DNA of 64,000 nt from Candidatus Zixiibacteriota bacterium (GTDB lineage Bacteria > Zixibacteria > MSB-5A5 > UBA10806 > 4484-95): positions 271,711 to 335,710 of the forward strand of contig JBBIRK010000003.1 of assembly GCA_037441845.1 (NCBI GenBank). The letters are read 5' to 3'. The position numbers and the translations under genes were made by a program. Positions 28,292 through 37,584 of the stretch are shown here, in pieces (the first letter of the stretch is position 1; every line of letters begins with the position of its first letter). A model generated the notes under the pieces. It was given only the letters and a program-made list of their open reading frames with translations, was not told the origin of the DNA and ran no database searches.

Positions 28292-29497
28292 ATGCCAGAT
28301 AAGATATTAACCGTTACAGAATTAACGCAATCGATTAAACAATTACTTGAATCAGCTTTTCCGTCGGTTTGGGTGGAAGGCGAAATATCCAATTATATTG
28401 AGCACACGTCCGGCCATCGCTATTTCACGATAAAAGACGAAGGCGCCCAGATTAAATGCGTGATCTGGAGAGGTATGAGCCGATATTTATTTTTTGAGCC
28501 GAAAAACGGGATGAAGGTGCGGGCTTGCGGCCAAATCACGGTATATGAAAAATCCGGCCAATATCAGTTAATAGTCAGCAGCCTGCAGCCATCGGGAATA
28601 GGCGCGCTCGAACTCGCTTTTCAACAGCTCAAAGCCAAACTCGATGCGGAAGGGCTGTTCGATCCCCGCCACAAGAAAGAAATCCCCGAATTTCCCGACG
28701 CGATCGGAATCGTGACATCGCCGACCGGAGCCGCAATCCGCGATATCCTCAACATAACCGGGCGTCGCGCGCCGTGGGTGGAAAGGATTCTGAGACCGGT
28801 CAGGGTACAAGGTGAAGGTGCAGCCAAAGAAATCGCCGAGGCTGTTAAAGAATTCAACCAATATGGAAAAGTGGATGTGCTGATAGTCGGTCGCGGCGGC
28901 GGCTCTCTCGAGGATTTATGGCCTTTCAATGAGGAAATAGTCGCCCGGGCGATTTTCAATTCGAAAATACCGGTGATTTCTGCGGTGGGCCACGAGGTAG
29001 ATTTCACGATCGCCGATTTCGTGGCGGACCTGCGCGCGCCGACCCCATCGGCGGCGGCCGAGCTTGCGGTGCCCGACGGCGCTGATCTTTTGGCATATTT
29101 TCGGGAAAGGTTCGCTCGAATATGCAGACTGCAGGCGGCGGGAATCCGCAACAGCCGTCGGCGCCTCGAAGAGGCTGTGTCACGCTATGGTCTTAGGCGC
29201 CCGCTTCAAATAGTCGATACGAGGCTTCAAGCTCTCGACGACCTTAATGATTTATTCCGCAAAACATCCTTGCATGTATTCGAACGTTTCAATAATTTAC
29301 TTAAGGTGACGAATGCCCGATTGCAGGCCGTATCCCCGGTGAAAATAATGGAGCGGGGTTTTGCTTTCATTACCTTGTCCCGGACGGGGGATGTCTTAAA
29401 GAGCTTTACCCAAATTGCGATCGGAGATAAAATAGATATACGACTCGCCCGGGGTGGTGCCGCGGCGACTATCAATAAAATAAGAGGTGCCAATTGA
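28292..29497 (+). CDS. xseA: Exodeoxyribonuclease VII large subunit
   Basis: VWVEGEISN..SGHRYF, TSPTGAAIRD, RGGGSLEDLW, GHEVD, RAPTPSAAAE. Confidence 0.96.
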   Translation: MPDKILTVTELTQSIKQLLESAFPSVWVEGEISNYIEHTSGHRYFTIKDEGAQIKCVIWRGMSRYLFFEPKNGMKVRACGQITVYEKSGQYQLIVSSLQPSGIGALELAFQQLKAKLDAEGLFDPRHKKEIPEFPDAIGIVTSPTGAAIRDILNITGRRAPWVERILRPVRVQGEGAAKEIAEAVKEFNQYGKVDVLIVGRGGGSLEDLWPFNEEIVARAIFNSKIPVISAVGHEVDFTIADFVADLRAPTPSAAAELAVPDGADLLAYFRERFARICRLQAAGIRNSRRRLEEAVSRYGLRRPLQIVDTRLQALDDLNDLFRKTSLHVFERFNNLLKVTNARLQAVSPVKIMERGFAFITLSRTGDVLKSFTQIAIGDKIDIRLARGGAAATINKIRGAN

Positions 29498-29829
29498 GCG
29501 ACGACACCAAGATGTACTATTCCATTTCCGAAGTTGCCGGTATGCTGAGTCTCGAACCTTATGTACTTCGTTTTTGGGAGAGGGAATTTCCCCAACTTAA
29601 ACCCAAAAAAAATCGTGCCGGCAATCGCATATACCAACAGAAAGAAATCGACCTGCTCATGCAGATAAAATTTCTCTTATACGAAAAAGGTTTCACGATA
29701 GAGGGCGCCAGGAATCACCTTAAAAACGGAATTCAGGAGGATAAAAGCGCCGACAGAACCGAAATGGCCATGGCTCTGCTCGGGGAGATAAGAAAAGAAC
29801 TCGATGAGATTCTGAAGATGCTCTCCTGA
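29494..29829 (+). CDS. MerR family HTH regulator
   Basis: YYSISEVA...YVLRFWEREFPQLKPKK...LLYEKGFTIEGA. Confidence 0.9.
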   Translation: MSDDTKMYYSISEVAGMLSLEPYVLRFWEREFPQLKPKKNRAGNRIYQQKEIDLLMQIKFLLYEKGFTIEGARNHLKNGIQEDKSADRTEMAMALLGEIRKELDEILKMLS

Positions 29830-29912
29830 TGCCGGTGGCTCAACGTTATATCTATTCCTAAATGCCCCCTTTTGTCTTGATTTTTGTCGACCGTTATATA
29901 TAATGAACTTAT

Positions 29913-29987
29913 CGGGGCGTAGCGCAGCCTGGTTAGCGCACTTGCTTGGGGTGCAAGTGGTCGGCCGTTCAAATCGGCTCGCCCCGA
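29913..29987 (+). tRNA. tRNA-Pro(GGG)
   Basis: Acceptor CGGGGCG/CGCCCCG, anticodon loop TTGGGGT, T-loop TTCAAAT. Confidence 0.96.
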
Positions 29988-30047
29988 CGATGTTTTAAGA
30001 GTTTGCAAGCATTAGGAATCGTATCGATTGTTAGCTGCCGCTGATAT

Positions 30048-30785
30048 ATGAATGAAAGAAAAGAATCCCCGCCTAAGTATTATGATTTCCTGACCGCGCT
30101 TTTCGTGACCGTCTTATTGGTCAGCAATATCGCTTCATCGGCCAAAATCGTAGATTCAGGCTTGACGCTCCTGAAAATACGGTTGGTATTCGATGCCGGC
30201 ACTTTGCTATTCCCCCTCAGCTACATTTTCGGAGATATCTTGACCGAAGTCTATGGCTACGGCCGCGGCAGGCGGGTTATCTGGATCGGTTTTTTCTGCT
30301 CAGGATTGACAAGTTTGGTTCTCTGGATCGTCGGAATGATGCCGGCGGAAACGGGTTGGGCGGAACTGGTGGGTCAGGAAAAATTCGATCTCGTTCTCGG
30401 TGGAATGAAAAGCGGAGCCATAGTTGCGGCAAGTCTTCTGGCATATCTATTCGGCGAATTCTCTAATTCCGTAGTCCTGTCACGCATGAAAATAATGACA
30501 AAAGGGAGGTTTCTCTGGACGCGCACGATTTCCAGCACTCTGGTCGGCCAAGCGATCGATACCGCGGCTTTCATATCGTTGGCTACGCTTTTCCGCGTCC
30601 CCGGATTCTCTCCGCAAATCTGGCTCTCCCTAATAATCACCAATTACATTTTCAAATGCGGAGTAGAGGCGGCCATGACTCCCGTAACCTATTTAGTGGT
30701 GAATAAATTGAAAAAGGCGGAAAATTGCGATCATTATGATTATAACCTGAACTACAACCCGTTTCGTCTAAGCGCTGCCGAATAA
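30048..30785 (+). CDS. Queuosine precursor transporter (Vut_1/YhhQ family)
   Basis: LLVSNIASSAK, FPLSYIFGDILTEVYG, RTISSTLVGQAIDT; multiple TM segments. Confidence 0.9.
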   Translation: MNERKESPPKYYDFLTALFVTVLLVSNIASSAKIVDSGLTLLKIRLVFDAGTLLFPLSYIFGDILTEVYGYGRGRRVIWIGFFCSGLTSLVLWIVGMMPAETGWAELVGQEKFDLVLGGMKSGAIVAASLLAYLFGEFSNSVVLSRMKIMTKGRFLWTRTISSTLVGQAIDTAAFISLATLFRVPGFSPQIWLSLIITNYIFKCGVEAAMTPVTYLVVNKLKKAENCDHYDYNLNYNPFRLSAAE

Positions 30786-31166
30786 CCTCTTTCAGAGCAG
30801 TTTATTATCCCCCGAAAAAGATTCCCTTGATTATATGACAGTCGATTTGTTTTGGCTTTGAAAAAGCTCCAAACAAATAGAGTCCGGCTTCTACGAAAAG
30901 CACGGACTCCAAACCAAAAACAAGGAGGGTCAATGACAATATATATCCTGCCCCCGATGGAAGCAAGCAATAAATAAGCAATACTTCAATAATCAGTCCG
31001 GGTCTGCTGGCCGCTCCACATTTTTTGTTCGTCAAGTCAATCCGGTTGGCATCGATCATCACAATCGATTATTTCTCATTAAATTGGACCCAAGTCGGGA
31101 AAATCCAATGCTACCGGCGATAAGTTTTTATCCAAAACCTCTTTTCCTGGTTGCTCGGGTTAATTG

Positions 31167-31196
31167 TTGACAACTTTCGTCCATAATTATTATAAT
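31167..31196 (+). promoter_or_regulatory. Consensus sigma70 promoter
   Basis: TTGACA-N18-TATAAT upstream of the SDR gene. Confidence 0.7.
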
Positions 31197-31225
31197 AACT
31201 CCCTAATTTAAGGAAGGATCTACTG

Positions 31226-31975
31226 ATGAAGGAATTATCGGGCAAGACAGCCTTGGTTACCGGCGGTACCAAGGGAATCGGCAAAGCCGTGGCGATCAAA
31301 CTCGCGGAAATGGGTGCCGACGTGGTGGTCATTTATCTTAGAAGCCGAAATGCGGCAGAAGCCACGATCGAAGAGTTACGCCGACTCGGGACCGATCCGT
31401 TGGCGATCAGAGCCAATATCGGCAACCACGACAAGATGCACAAAATTTTCGATGAGATCAAGGCCAAGTACGGCAAACTCGACATTTTCGTGTCCAATGC
31501 CGCTCTGGGCATTTTCACCTCCGCCATGGATATAAACGATCGAGCCTGGCACCTGTCGATGGATACAAATGCTGAAGCTTTTCTGAAGGCCGTGCAGTTT
31601 GCGCGGGAAATGATGCCTGATGGGTCGAAAATCGTGGCTCTCTCCTCGCTCGGGTCGGTCAGATATATAGGCGGATACGCGGCGATCGGTGCCTCCAAAG
31701 CCGCTATCGAAACGCTCACCCGCTATTTCGCCTATGAGCTGGCTCCGCGCCATATCAATGTCAACACCGTTTCCGGCGGATTTATCGATACCGACGCGCT
31801 CAAGGGATTCCCCAATTATGAGCAGATGGTCGAGGAGGTTATTAGGCGCACGCCATTCAAGCGGGTCGGCAATGTCGATGATATCGCCGAAGTTGTGGTT
31901 TTTCTCTGCACCGAAAAAGCCAGATGGATCACGGGCCAAGTGATAGTGGTCGATGGAGGCTATTCCCTGGCTTAA
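31226..31975 (+). CDS. SDR oxidoreductase, FabL-like enoyl-ACP reductase
   Basis: TGGTKGIG, FVSNAA, SSLGS, Y-x6-K (YAAIGASK) as in FabL, ITGQVIVVDGG. Confidence 0.8.
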   Translation: MKELSGKTALVTGGTKGIGKAVAIKLAEMGADVVVIYLRSRNAAEATIEELRRLGTDPLAIRANIGNHDKMHKIFDEIKAKYGKLDIFVSNAALGIFTSAMDINDRAWHLSMDTNAEAFLKAVQFAREMMPDGSKIVALSSLGSVRYIGGYAAIGASKAAIETLTRYFAYELAPRHINVNTVSGGFIDTDALKGFPNYEQMVEEVIRRTPFKRVGNVDDIAEVVVFLCTEKARWITGQVIVVDGGYSLA

Positions 31976-32043
31976 AATCAGTATGTTTTCTTGTTTCCGG
32001 CGCGTTTGTTGACGATAATGAATATATCGGTATATTCGCGGAT

Positions 32044-33762
32044 ATGGGCGGTTTCAAGAACATATTAACTGCATTTCTCACTTGGAGCTTGCTGATCTTG
32101 CTCCTTGTACCCTGTGTAAAAGCGGAAGGGGGCGCGGGTTCTCCTCACGACTCCTTTGCTGTCGTTAATGTAAAGTTCCGTGATGCCGCAGATAGACTTT
32201 TAATCGAAAGCCTTGCAGCCCGCGAATATCGCGAAAATCTGGGGGATTGCGGTTTCTACATAATGCGCGAGGTTCAATTATCGGTATTAAAGGAAATGGG
32301 GATTCCATTCGAACGAATCTCTGAAATCAAACCGACTGAACCGGTATCCATGACGATTTCCGAGATCGATTCACTGTATCATGATTATGCTGAAATGGTT
32401 TCGATTTTGTCCGCCCAGGCGATGAATCATCCCGATATCGCCATGGTCGAGTCGATAGGAGTCAGCCAGCAGGAACAAAAAACGATTTACGCCATGAAGA
32501 TATCGGACGACGTCGGCTTGGATGAGGACGAACCGGTGATATTTTTCGATGGCGTCCATCACGCCTGTGAGGTCATGGGGTTGGAGATATGCTTGGCCTT
32601 GATCGATACCTTGTTGAAAGGTTACGGCATCGATTCGGCGATCACTCACTATGTCGATAATCTCGAAATATGGTTGGTTCCTTTGGTCAATCCCGATGGC
32701 CATTCGGCGGTGATGAATGAAATCTCGCTTTATTATCGAAAAAACGGGCGCGATTTAAACGGCAATGATACCCTTTATGAATTCACCTGCAATTACTGGT
32801 GGACCTGCCAAACTGAGGGGATCGACCTGAACCGCAATTACGACTGGTATTGGGATTGGGGCGGGCAGACATCGCCGTGGGACTACTATTATCGGGGTGC
32901 ATCCGCCGGCTCCGAATCGGAAAACGCGGCTATGGTTTCGATATTGAGTCGGGTCAAGCCGATTCTGTCGCTGTCTTACCATAGTTATGGCGAACTGATA
33001 TTTTATCCCTGGAATTTTGGAGAGGATCAAGCCCCTGACCACGAAGCCATTTATGAAATCGCCACTGGTCTGGCGATGAGAATAACCCGGGAAGATAACC
33101 AGGGCACATACGACGTGAGTGCAGCCGACGGGCGGGTGGGACTGGCGCTTAATTGGCAATATGGCCGTCTGGGTGCGTTCAGCTATTCTCCGGAAACCGT
33201 GAGATATCCCGATTTCATCGTGCCGGCGCCGCGTTATAACCAAGTGATCAGGGAAAATCTCGACGGCTGTTTTTACCTGATGCAGAGAGCGTTCGGACCG
33301 CAATTGACAGGCAGGATTACCGCCCCGAATTCCAATCAACCGGTCAGCGCAGAAGTAAGGGTGCTTGAGGTTTATTCATCTGTGGTGGATCCCAGATTTT
33401 CCGATTCGCTTTATGGGCGCTATCGCCACCTGCTGCTGCCTGGTATCTATTCCGTAGAGGTTATAACGGATTCATTTCCCCGAGTTAGAATTGACGATAT
33501 CGAGGTCGGCGTCGGATCGGCCACAGTCCTCGACATTCATTTACCTGAATTCGTTCCGGGAGATGCCAACGGTTCGGGGGAGATAAGCCCGGCCGATGTA
33601 ACTTTTTTGGTTCGCTACCTTAAAGGACTCGGTGAACCGCCGGTTCCTTTATTATCGGGCGATTGTAACGGCGATTGCCTCGTGCGCGGCACCGATGTTA
33701 CCTACCTGGTGGCCTTTTTCAAGGGAACTCAACGCTCACCTTCGTATGGCAATTGCCGGTAA
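32044..33762 (+). CDS. Secreted M14 zinc carboxypeptidase with a beta-sandwich domain and C-terminal dockerin-like repeats
   Basis: Signal peptide (..VPCVKA/EG), HHACE (HxxE), NPDG, RKN, GIDLNRNY, YHSYGE; tail GDANGSGEISPADVTFLVRYL / GDCNGDCLVRGTDVTYLVAFF. Confidence 0.88.
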   Translation: MGGFKNILTAFLTWSLLILLLVPCVKAEGGAGSPHDSFAVVNVKFRDAADRLLIESLAAREYRENLGDCGFYIMREVQLSVLKEMGIPFERISEIKPTEPVSMTISEIDSLYHDYAEMVSILSAQAMNHPDIAMVESIGVSQQEQKTIYAMKISDDVGLDEDEPVIFFDGVHHACEVMGLEICLALIDTLLKGYGIDSAITHYVDNLEIWLVPLVNPDGHSAVMNEISLYYRKNGRDLNGNDTLYEFTCNYWWTCQTEGIDLNRNYDWYWDWGGQTSPWDYYYRGASAGSESENAAMVSILSRVKPILSLSYHSYGELIFYPWNFGEDQAPDHEAIYEIATGLAMRITREDNQGTYDVSAADGRVGLALNWQYGRLGAFSYSPETVRYPDFIVPAPRYNQVIRENLDGCFYLMQRAFGPQLTGRITAPNSNQPVSAEVRVLEVYSSVVDPRFSDSLYGRYRHLLLPGIYSVEVITDSFPRVRIDDIEVGVGSATVLDIHLPEFVPGDANGSGEISPADVTFLVRYLKGLGEPPVPLLSGDCNGDCLVRGTDVTYLVAFFKGTQRSPSYGNCR

Positions 33763-33956
33763 CGTAACTTCGATTTCGTCTTGCCGCATCCACGTTCTCT
33801 AAACGACGAACCGGAGCACGCCCTTCGGCGGAAGTTCGGATATACGATGAATTATTTCACTTGACACTGTCGGACTATTGGCTTAAAGGTATTCGATGTC
33901 GAAATTTCATTTGCATCTCTGCTACTCCGAATGGATGATTTGAAAGGAGAGAGTAA

Positions 33957-34607
33957 ATGAAGGCAGGTCGTTCAATTTTATATATCACTCAGATTTTAGC
34001 GACGCTGGTCTGCGCTCAGCCGAAGCAAAAAGCTGATAATAATGAATTGGATTCCACGCTTCAGAATCCACAGCCGACGATGATTATAGATTATCAGAGA
34101 ACGCCTGCCGGCAACCCGATCGTCTTTCTTAAAACCACTCGCGGCGACATCGAAATCGAGGTTTTCGAAAAAGACTGCCCCAATCACGCCGGCAATTTCA
34201 TAAAGCTGGTGAGAAACGGATTCTACGATAATCTTCCGTTCCATCGAATTTTGCCGGAAACGATGATTGTCACCGGCGATCCGCGGGGCGATGGCTCGGG
34301 AAATCCCGGGTATTTTTTAGACCGCGAGAACACCCCTTACCCGAATAAAGCAGGCTATGTAGGCATGTTGCCGGCGGATAACGGCCGAGTCAACGGTTCG
34401 CAATTCTTTATATTAGCTCGGGATCACCCTGGTCTTGATTCGTCGGTTTCGTGTTTCGCCAAAGTGATCACCGGATTCGAGAACGTAATCGCGATAGCCG
34501 CAATGCCGGCGGAAAACGGAAAACCGAAAAGCAAAATCAAATTGATGGAGGCTTTTTTGAAGCCTATTGAAACAAATCCCGTTGTCCCAGATAAAACTAT
34601 TAATTGA
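33957..34607 (+). CDS. Exported cyclophilin-type PPIase (divergent)
   Basis: PNHAGNFIKL..GFYD.LPFHRI, GDPRGDG, NGSQFFI, FAKVITG. Confidence 0.85.
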   Translation: MKAGRSILYITQILATLVCAQPKQKADNNELDSTLQNPQPTMIIDYQRTPAGNPIVFLKTTRGDIEIEVFEKDCPNHAGNFIKLVRNGFYDNLPFHRILPETMIVTGDPRGDGSGNPGYFLDRENTPYPNKAGYVGMLPADNGRVNGSQFFILARDHPGLDSSVSCFAKVITGFENVIAIAAMPAENGKPKSKIKLMEAFLKPIETNPVVPDKTIN

Positions 34608-34638
34608 ATAACCCGAAACAAAGAAGAGGTAAAAGCTG

Positions 34639-35226
34639 ATGCGAGTAATTCCTGCGATTTTCTTAAGTGCGGTTCTCAGTCTGGCAGCCTTCGCCCAGCC
34701 GCCCGCAGAAAAACCGATCGAAAAGCCGAAGGCCGAACCTAAAAAGGAGGTAGCCAAAAACCCCCAAGTGTTGATGAAGACCAGTATGGGCGATATACTT
34801 ATCGAAGTATTCGAGAAAGAGACGCCGATCCACGCGAAAAATTTCCTCAAACGGGTGGACGAAGGCAAATATGATTCCATCATTTTCCACAGGGTGGTGC
34901 CGAATTTCGTGATACAGGGTGGAGATCCTACGGGAACCGGCTATGGCCAGCCCGATGAGGGTAGATTAGCCGATGAAAAATCGCCTTATTCTAACACCAG
35001 GGCTTTTATTTCGATGGCCAGAAGCGCGGCAGGCGCCAGCCCAAGTCAATTCTTCATAAATCTGAAAGATAATTCTTTTCTCGATAAACAGAATTTTTCG
35101 GTTTTCGCCAAGGTGATCGAGGGAATGGACGTGGTGGATAAAATTTCCCAGGTGCCGATTGATCCGCCGCGGGACGGCAAGCCGAAAACGCCTGTCTACA
35201 TGGTCAAAGTGAGCCGCAAAAAATAG
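34639..35226 (+). CDS. Exported cyclophilin-type PPIase
   Basis: Signal peptide (AAFA/Q), FHRVVPNFVIQGGD, SMAR, SQFFINL, FAKVIEGMDVVDKI. Confidence 0.95.
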   Translation: MRVIPAIFLSAVLSLAAFAQPPAEKPIEKPKAEPKKEVAKNPQVLMKTSMGDILIEVFEKETPIHAKNFLKRVDEGKYDSIIFHRVVPNFVIQGGDPTGTGYGQPDEGRLADEKSPYSNTRAFISMARSAAGASPSQFFINLKDNSFLDKQNFSVFAKVIEGMDVVDKISQVPIDPPRDGKPKTPVYMVKVSRKK

Positions 35227-35244
35227 CATTCGGCCGCAAAAACG

Positions 35245-35305
35245 GCGCAATGATGCTATTGCGCTTTCAATATACCCTGGATGCCGCCGTTCGGCATTCA
35301 GGGTA
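35245..35305 (+). terminator. Two tandem hairpins after the PPIase pair
   Basis: GCGCAAT-N6-ATTGCGC-TTTC, then a 14-bp stem TACCCTGGATGCCG-N5-CGGCATTCAGGGTA. Confidence 0.5.
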
Positions 35306-35380
35306 GGTGGCGTATTGAGCTTTAATTCTTATAGTCCGGCGGGAGGAACTTTTCCCGAACATGTAAGTTAACTGATAAAT

Positions 35381-36454
35381 ATGTTGACGATTTTGGCTTT
35401 CATATTCGTGTTGGGCATGCTGGTATTCGTCCACGAGCTCGGGCATTTTCTTATGGCCAAAAAGGCCGGCATTAAAGTGGAAAAATTCTCTCTCGGATTT
35501 CCCCCGAAACTGATCGGCCGAAAAATAGGCGATACCGAATATTGCATCGGGATTGTCCCTCTGGGCGGCTATGTCAAGATGGCCGGGGAGAACATCACCG
35601 AGGAAAACTATTCTCCCCAACCCGGTGACTTCATGGCGGTATCGACGGCAAAAAGATTCTGGGTGATCGTGGCCGGACCGGTGATGAACTATCTGCTCGG
35701 AATTATTCTCTTTTTCATTGTTTATTGGGGAACCGGTATCCCCCAAAGCCAATTGGATTCCACCGAAATCGGTATCGTAACCGCGGGCGCACCGGCAGCT
35801 CAGGCGGGATTGAAAGCCGGTTCGAAAATTATTTCCATCGACGGCAATCATCTCCGAAATTTCAATGAAATCGCCGCCTATATCAGACAGCGTCCCAATG
35901 CGCTGATTACGGTCGAATGGCTGGATGGAGAACATTCGAGAATCGATACTCTCAGAACTCTTTCGGTTCCATTTACCGATTCGCTCGGCAATTTGCGCAA
36001 CGAAGGAAGAATCGGGATCGGTCCGAAATTCACCTATTCGCCGATCGGCCCGTTTACCGCCTTGAAAGAAGCGGCTTTATTTTCAGTCGAACTGACCGGA
36101 CAGATGTTGACCATCGTTTTCAGGCTGATTACCAGGCAAGAATCGATTAAGTCGCTCGGCGGACCGGTGATGATCGCCCAACAAGCCGGAGCGGCGGCGA
36201 AACAAGGCATCAGTTCTTTGCTCGGATTGGCCGCTTTTCTTTCGATAAATCTGGCGATTCTGAATATCCTGCCGATTCCGGTGCTGGATGGCGGGCATCT
36301 CGTATTTCTCGGTATTGAGGCACTGAAGCGCCAGCCGATTTCAGTTAAAGGTCGGCTTATCGCCCAACAAGTGGGAATGGGTTTGTTGTTTATCCTGATG
36401 CTGGTGGTTACATATAACGATATCGTAAGATTGATAACCGGAATAATGAAATAG
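35381..36454 (+). CDS. rseP: RIP metalloprotease RseP (site-2 protease)
   Basis: HELGH, PLGGYVKM, AGPVMN, PDZ domain, NILPIPVLDGG. Confidence 0.96.
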   Translation: MLTILAFIFVLGMLVFVHELGHFLMAKKAGIKVEKFSLGFPPKLIGRKIGDTEYCIGIVPLGGYVKMAGENITEENYSPQPGDFMAVSTAKRFWVIVAGPVMNYLLGIILFFIVYWGTGIPQSQLDSTEIGIVTAGAPAAQAGLKAGSKIISIDGNHLRNFNEIAAYIRQRPNALITVEWLDGEHSRIDTLRTLSVPFTDSLGNLRNEGRIGIGPKFTYSPIGPFTALKEAALFSVELTGQMLTIVFRLITRQESIKSLGGPVMIAQQAGAAAKQGISSLLGLAAFLSINLAILNILPIPVLDGGHLVFLGIEALKRQPISVKGRLIAQQVGMGLLFILMLVVTYNDIVRLITGIMK

Positions 36455-36705
36455 CCGACAGCAGAAGGCTTATTAGGTGCGTTGAATTAGGCGGTGCCGA
36501 CATTGATTATCGGTAAAGCCTTATACCGAAGTTAAAGGTGTCCGTTGTACCGTAAAAACCGGATTTCGATTTGTCGGAATGCATCGCTTGCTTTTTTATT
36601 TTAAGTTGCGATAATGGTAATATGGAGAATCACGGATATTGATCGATGGAAGTGTATGTTACAAGTCGGCAACGCAGGTTAACTTGAAAGCAGGTGGAGG
36701 CGGCG

Positions 36706-37446
36706 ATGTCTATCCTATTTGGACATAAAGATAAAAAAGACCGTAAATGGTATGAATCGATTTGGGACTTTATCGAGGGGCTCGGTATCGCCCTGATAAT
36801 GGCCTTGATGATCAAGACCTCGGTGGTCGAAGCCTACAAGATTCCGTCGGGTTCGATGGAGAACACGCTGTTGGTGGGGGACTTTTTGCTGGCCAATAAG
36901 TTCGTATATGGAATGCGTTTGCCGATTCCCTGGGTTGATATTCGTCTGCCGGCTTTGACAGATCCTAAACCCGGCGATATTGTGATTTTCAGGCCGCCTT
37001 TCGCTCCTAACGTGAATTATATAAAACGATGCGTGGCTGTGGAAGGACAAACCGTCGAAATCCGCGACAAGCAACTTTATGTCGATGGCCAAGCGGTGGA
37101 AATGCCCGCCGATGGCAAGCATGAGGACAAGAACACGATTCCCTTTTCACTTGATATAATGGGAGGAAAGCGCGACAACATGCCACCCTATAAAGTGCCT
37201 CCCGGGAAAATATTCGTGCTCGGCGACAATCGCGACAATTCATATGATTCGCGTTTCTGGGGGCCGCTCGATAAGCGCATGGTTCAAGGACGGGCCTTGA
37301 TCATTCATTGGTCGGTCGAGCCCGAGGCGAACCCGCCGAAACTCGACAGCGCCGATCCTTTTTCTCTGGTAAAGTATCTCGCCAATAAGATAACCCATTT
37401 ACCTGGAAGAATTCGATGGTCGAGATTGACCCGTATCGTGTGTTGA
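36706..37446 (+). CDS. lepB: Signal peptidase I
   Basis: IPSGSMENTLLVGD, YIKRC, GDNRDNSYDSRFWG; ATG after GGAGG. Confidence 0.96.
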   Translation: MSILFGHKDKKDRKWYESIWDFIEGLGIALIMALMIKTSVVEAYKIPSGSMENTLLVGDFLLANKFVYGMRLPIPWVDIRLPALTDPKPGDIVIFRPPFAPNVNYIKRCVAVEGQTVEIRDKQLYVDGQAVEMPADGKHEDKNTIPFSLDIMGGKRDNMPPYKVPPGKIFVLGDNRDNSYDSRFWGPLDKRMVQGRALIIHWSVEPEANPPKLDSADPFSLVKYLANKITHLPGRIRWSRLTRIVC

Positions 37447-37545
37447 CCGGAAGCCTAATCTATGCAACCACAGGTTCTGGTGTAGGAGGCGATATCTCCG
37501 TTTTCTATAACCGATTTTTCCGCTTTCTCGATCCGATAAATTGAC

Positions 37546-37574
37546 TTGTCATAATCAATCGCAGCCGCTACAAT
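37546..37574 (+). promoter_or_regulatory. Sigma70-type promoter of the ccm operon
   Basis: TTGTCA-N17-TACAAT, ending 10 nt before the ccmA ATG. Confidence 0.5.
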
Positions 37575-37584
37575 AGAATCCGCC

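Noticed and set aside
29988..30047. preQ1 riboswitch upstream of the queuosine-precursor transporter
   Set aside because: No short stem-loop with an A-rich tail matching preQ1-I is visible.
30805..31062. 85-aa hydrophobic minus-strand ORF as a gene
   Set aside because: The hydrophobicity may simply reflect the T-rich strand; no SD or motif. It is mentioned only within the twin-hairpin finding.
36455..36600. Riboswitch or sRNA between rseP and lepB
   Set aside because: Only short alternative stems (AAGGCTT/AAGCCTT, TCGGTA/TACCGA); no known consensus recognised.
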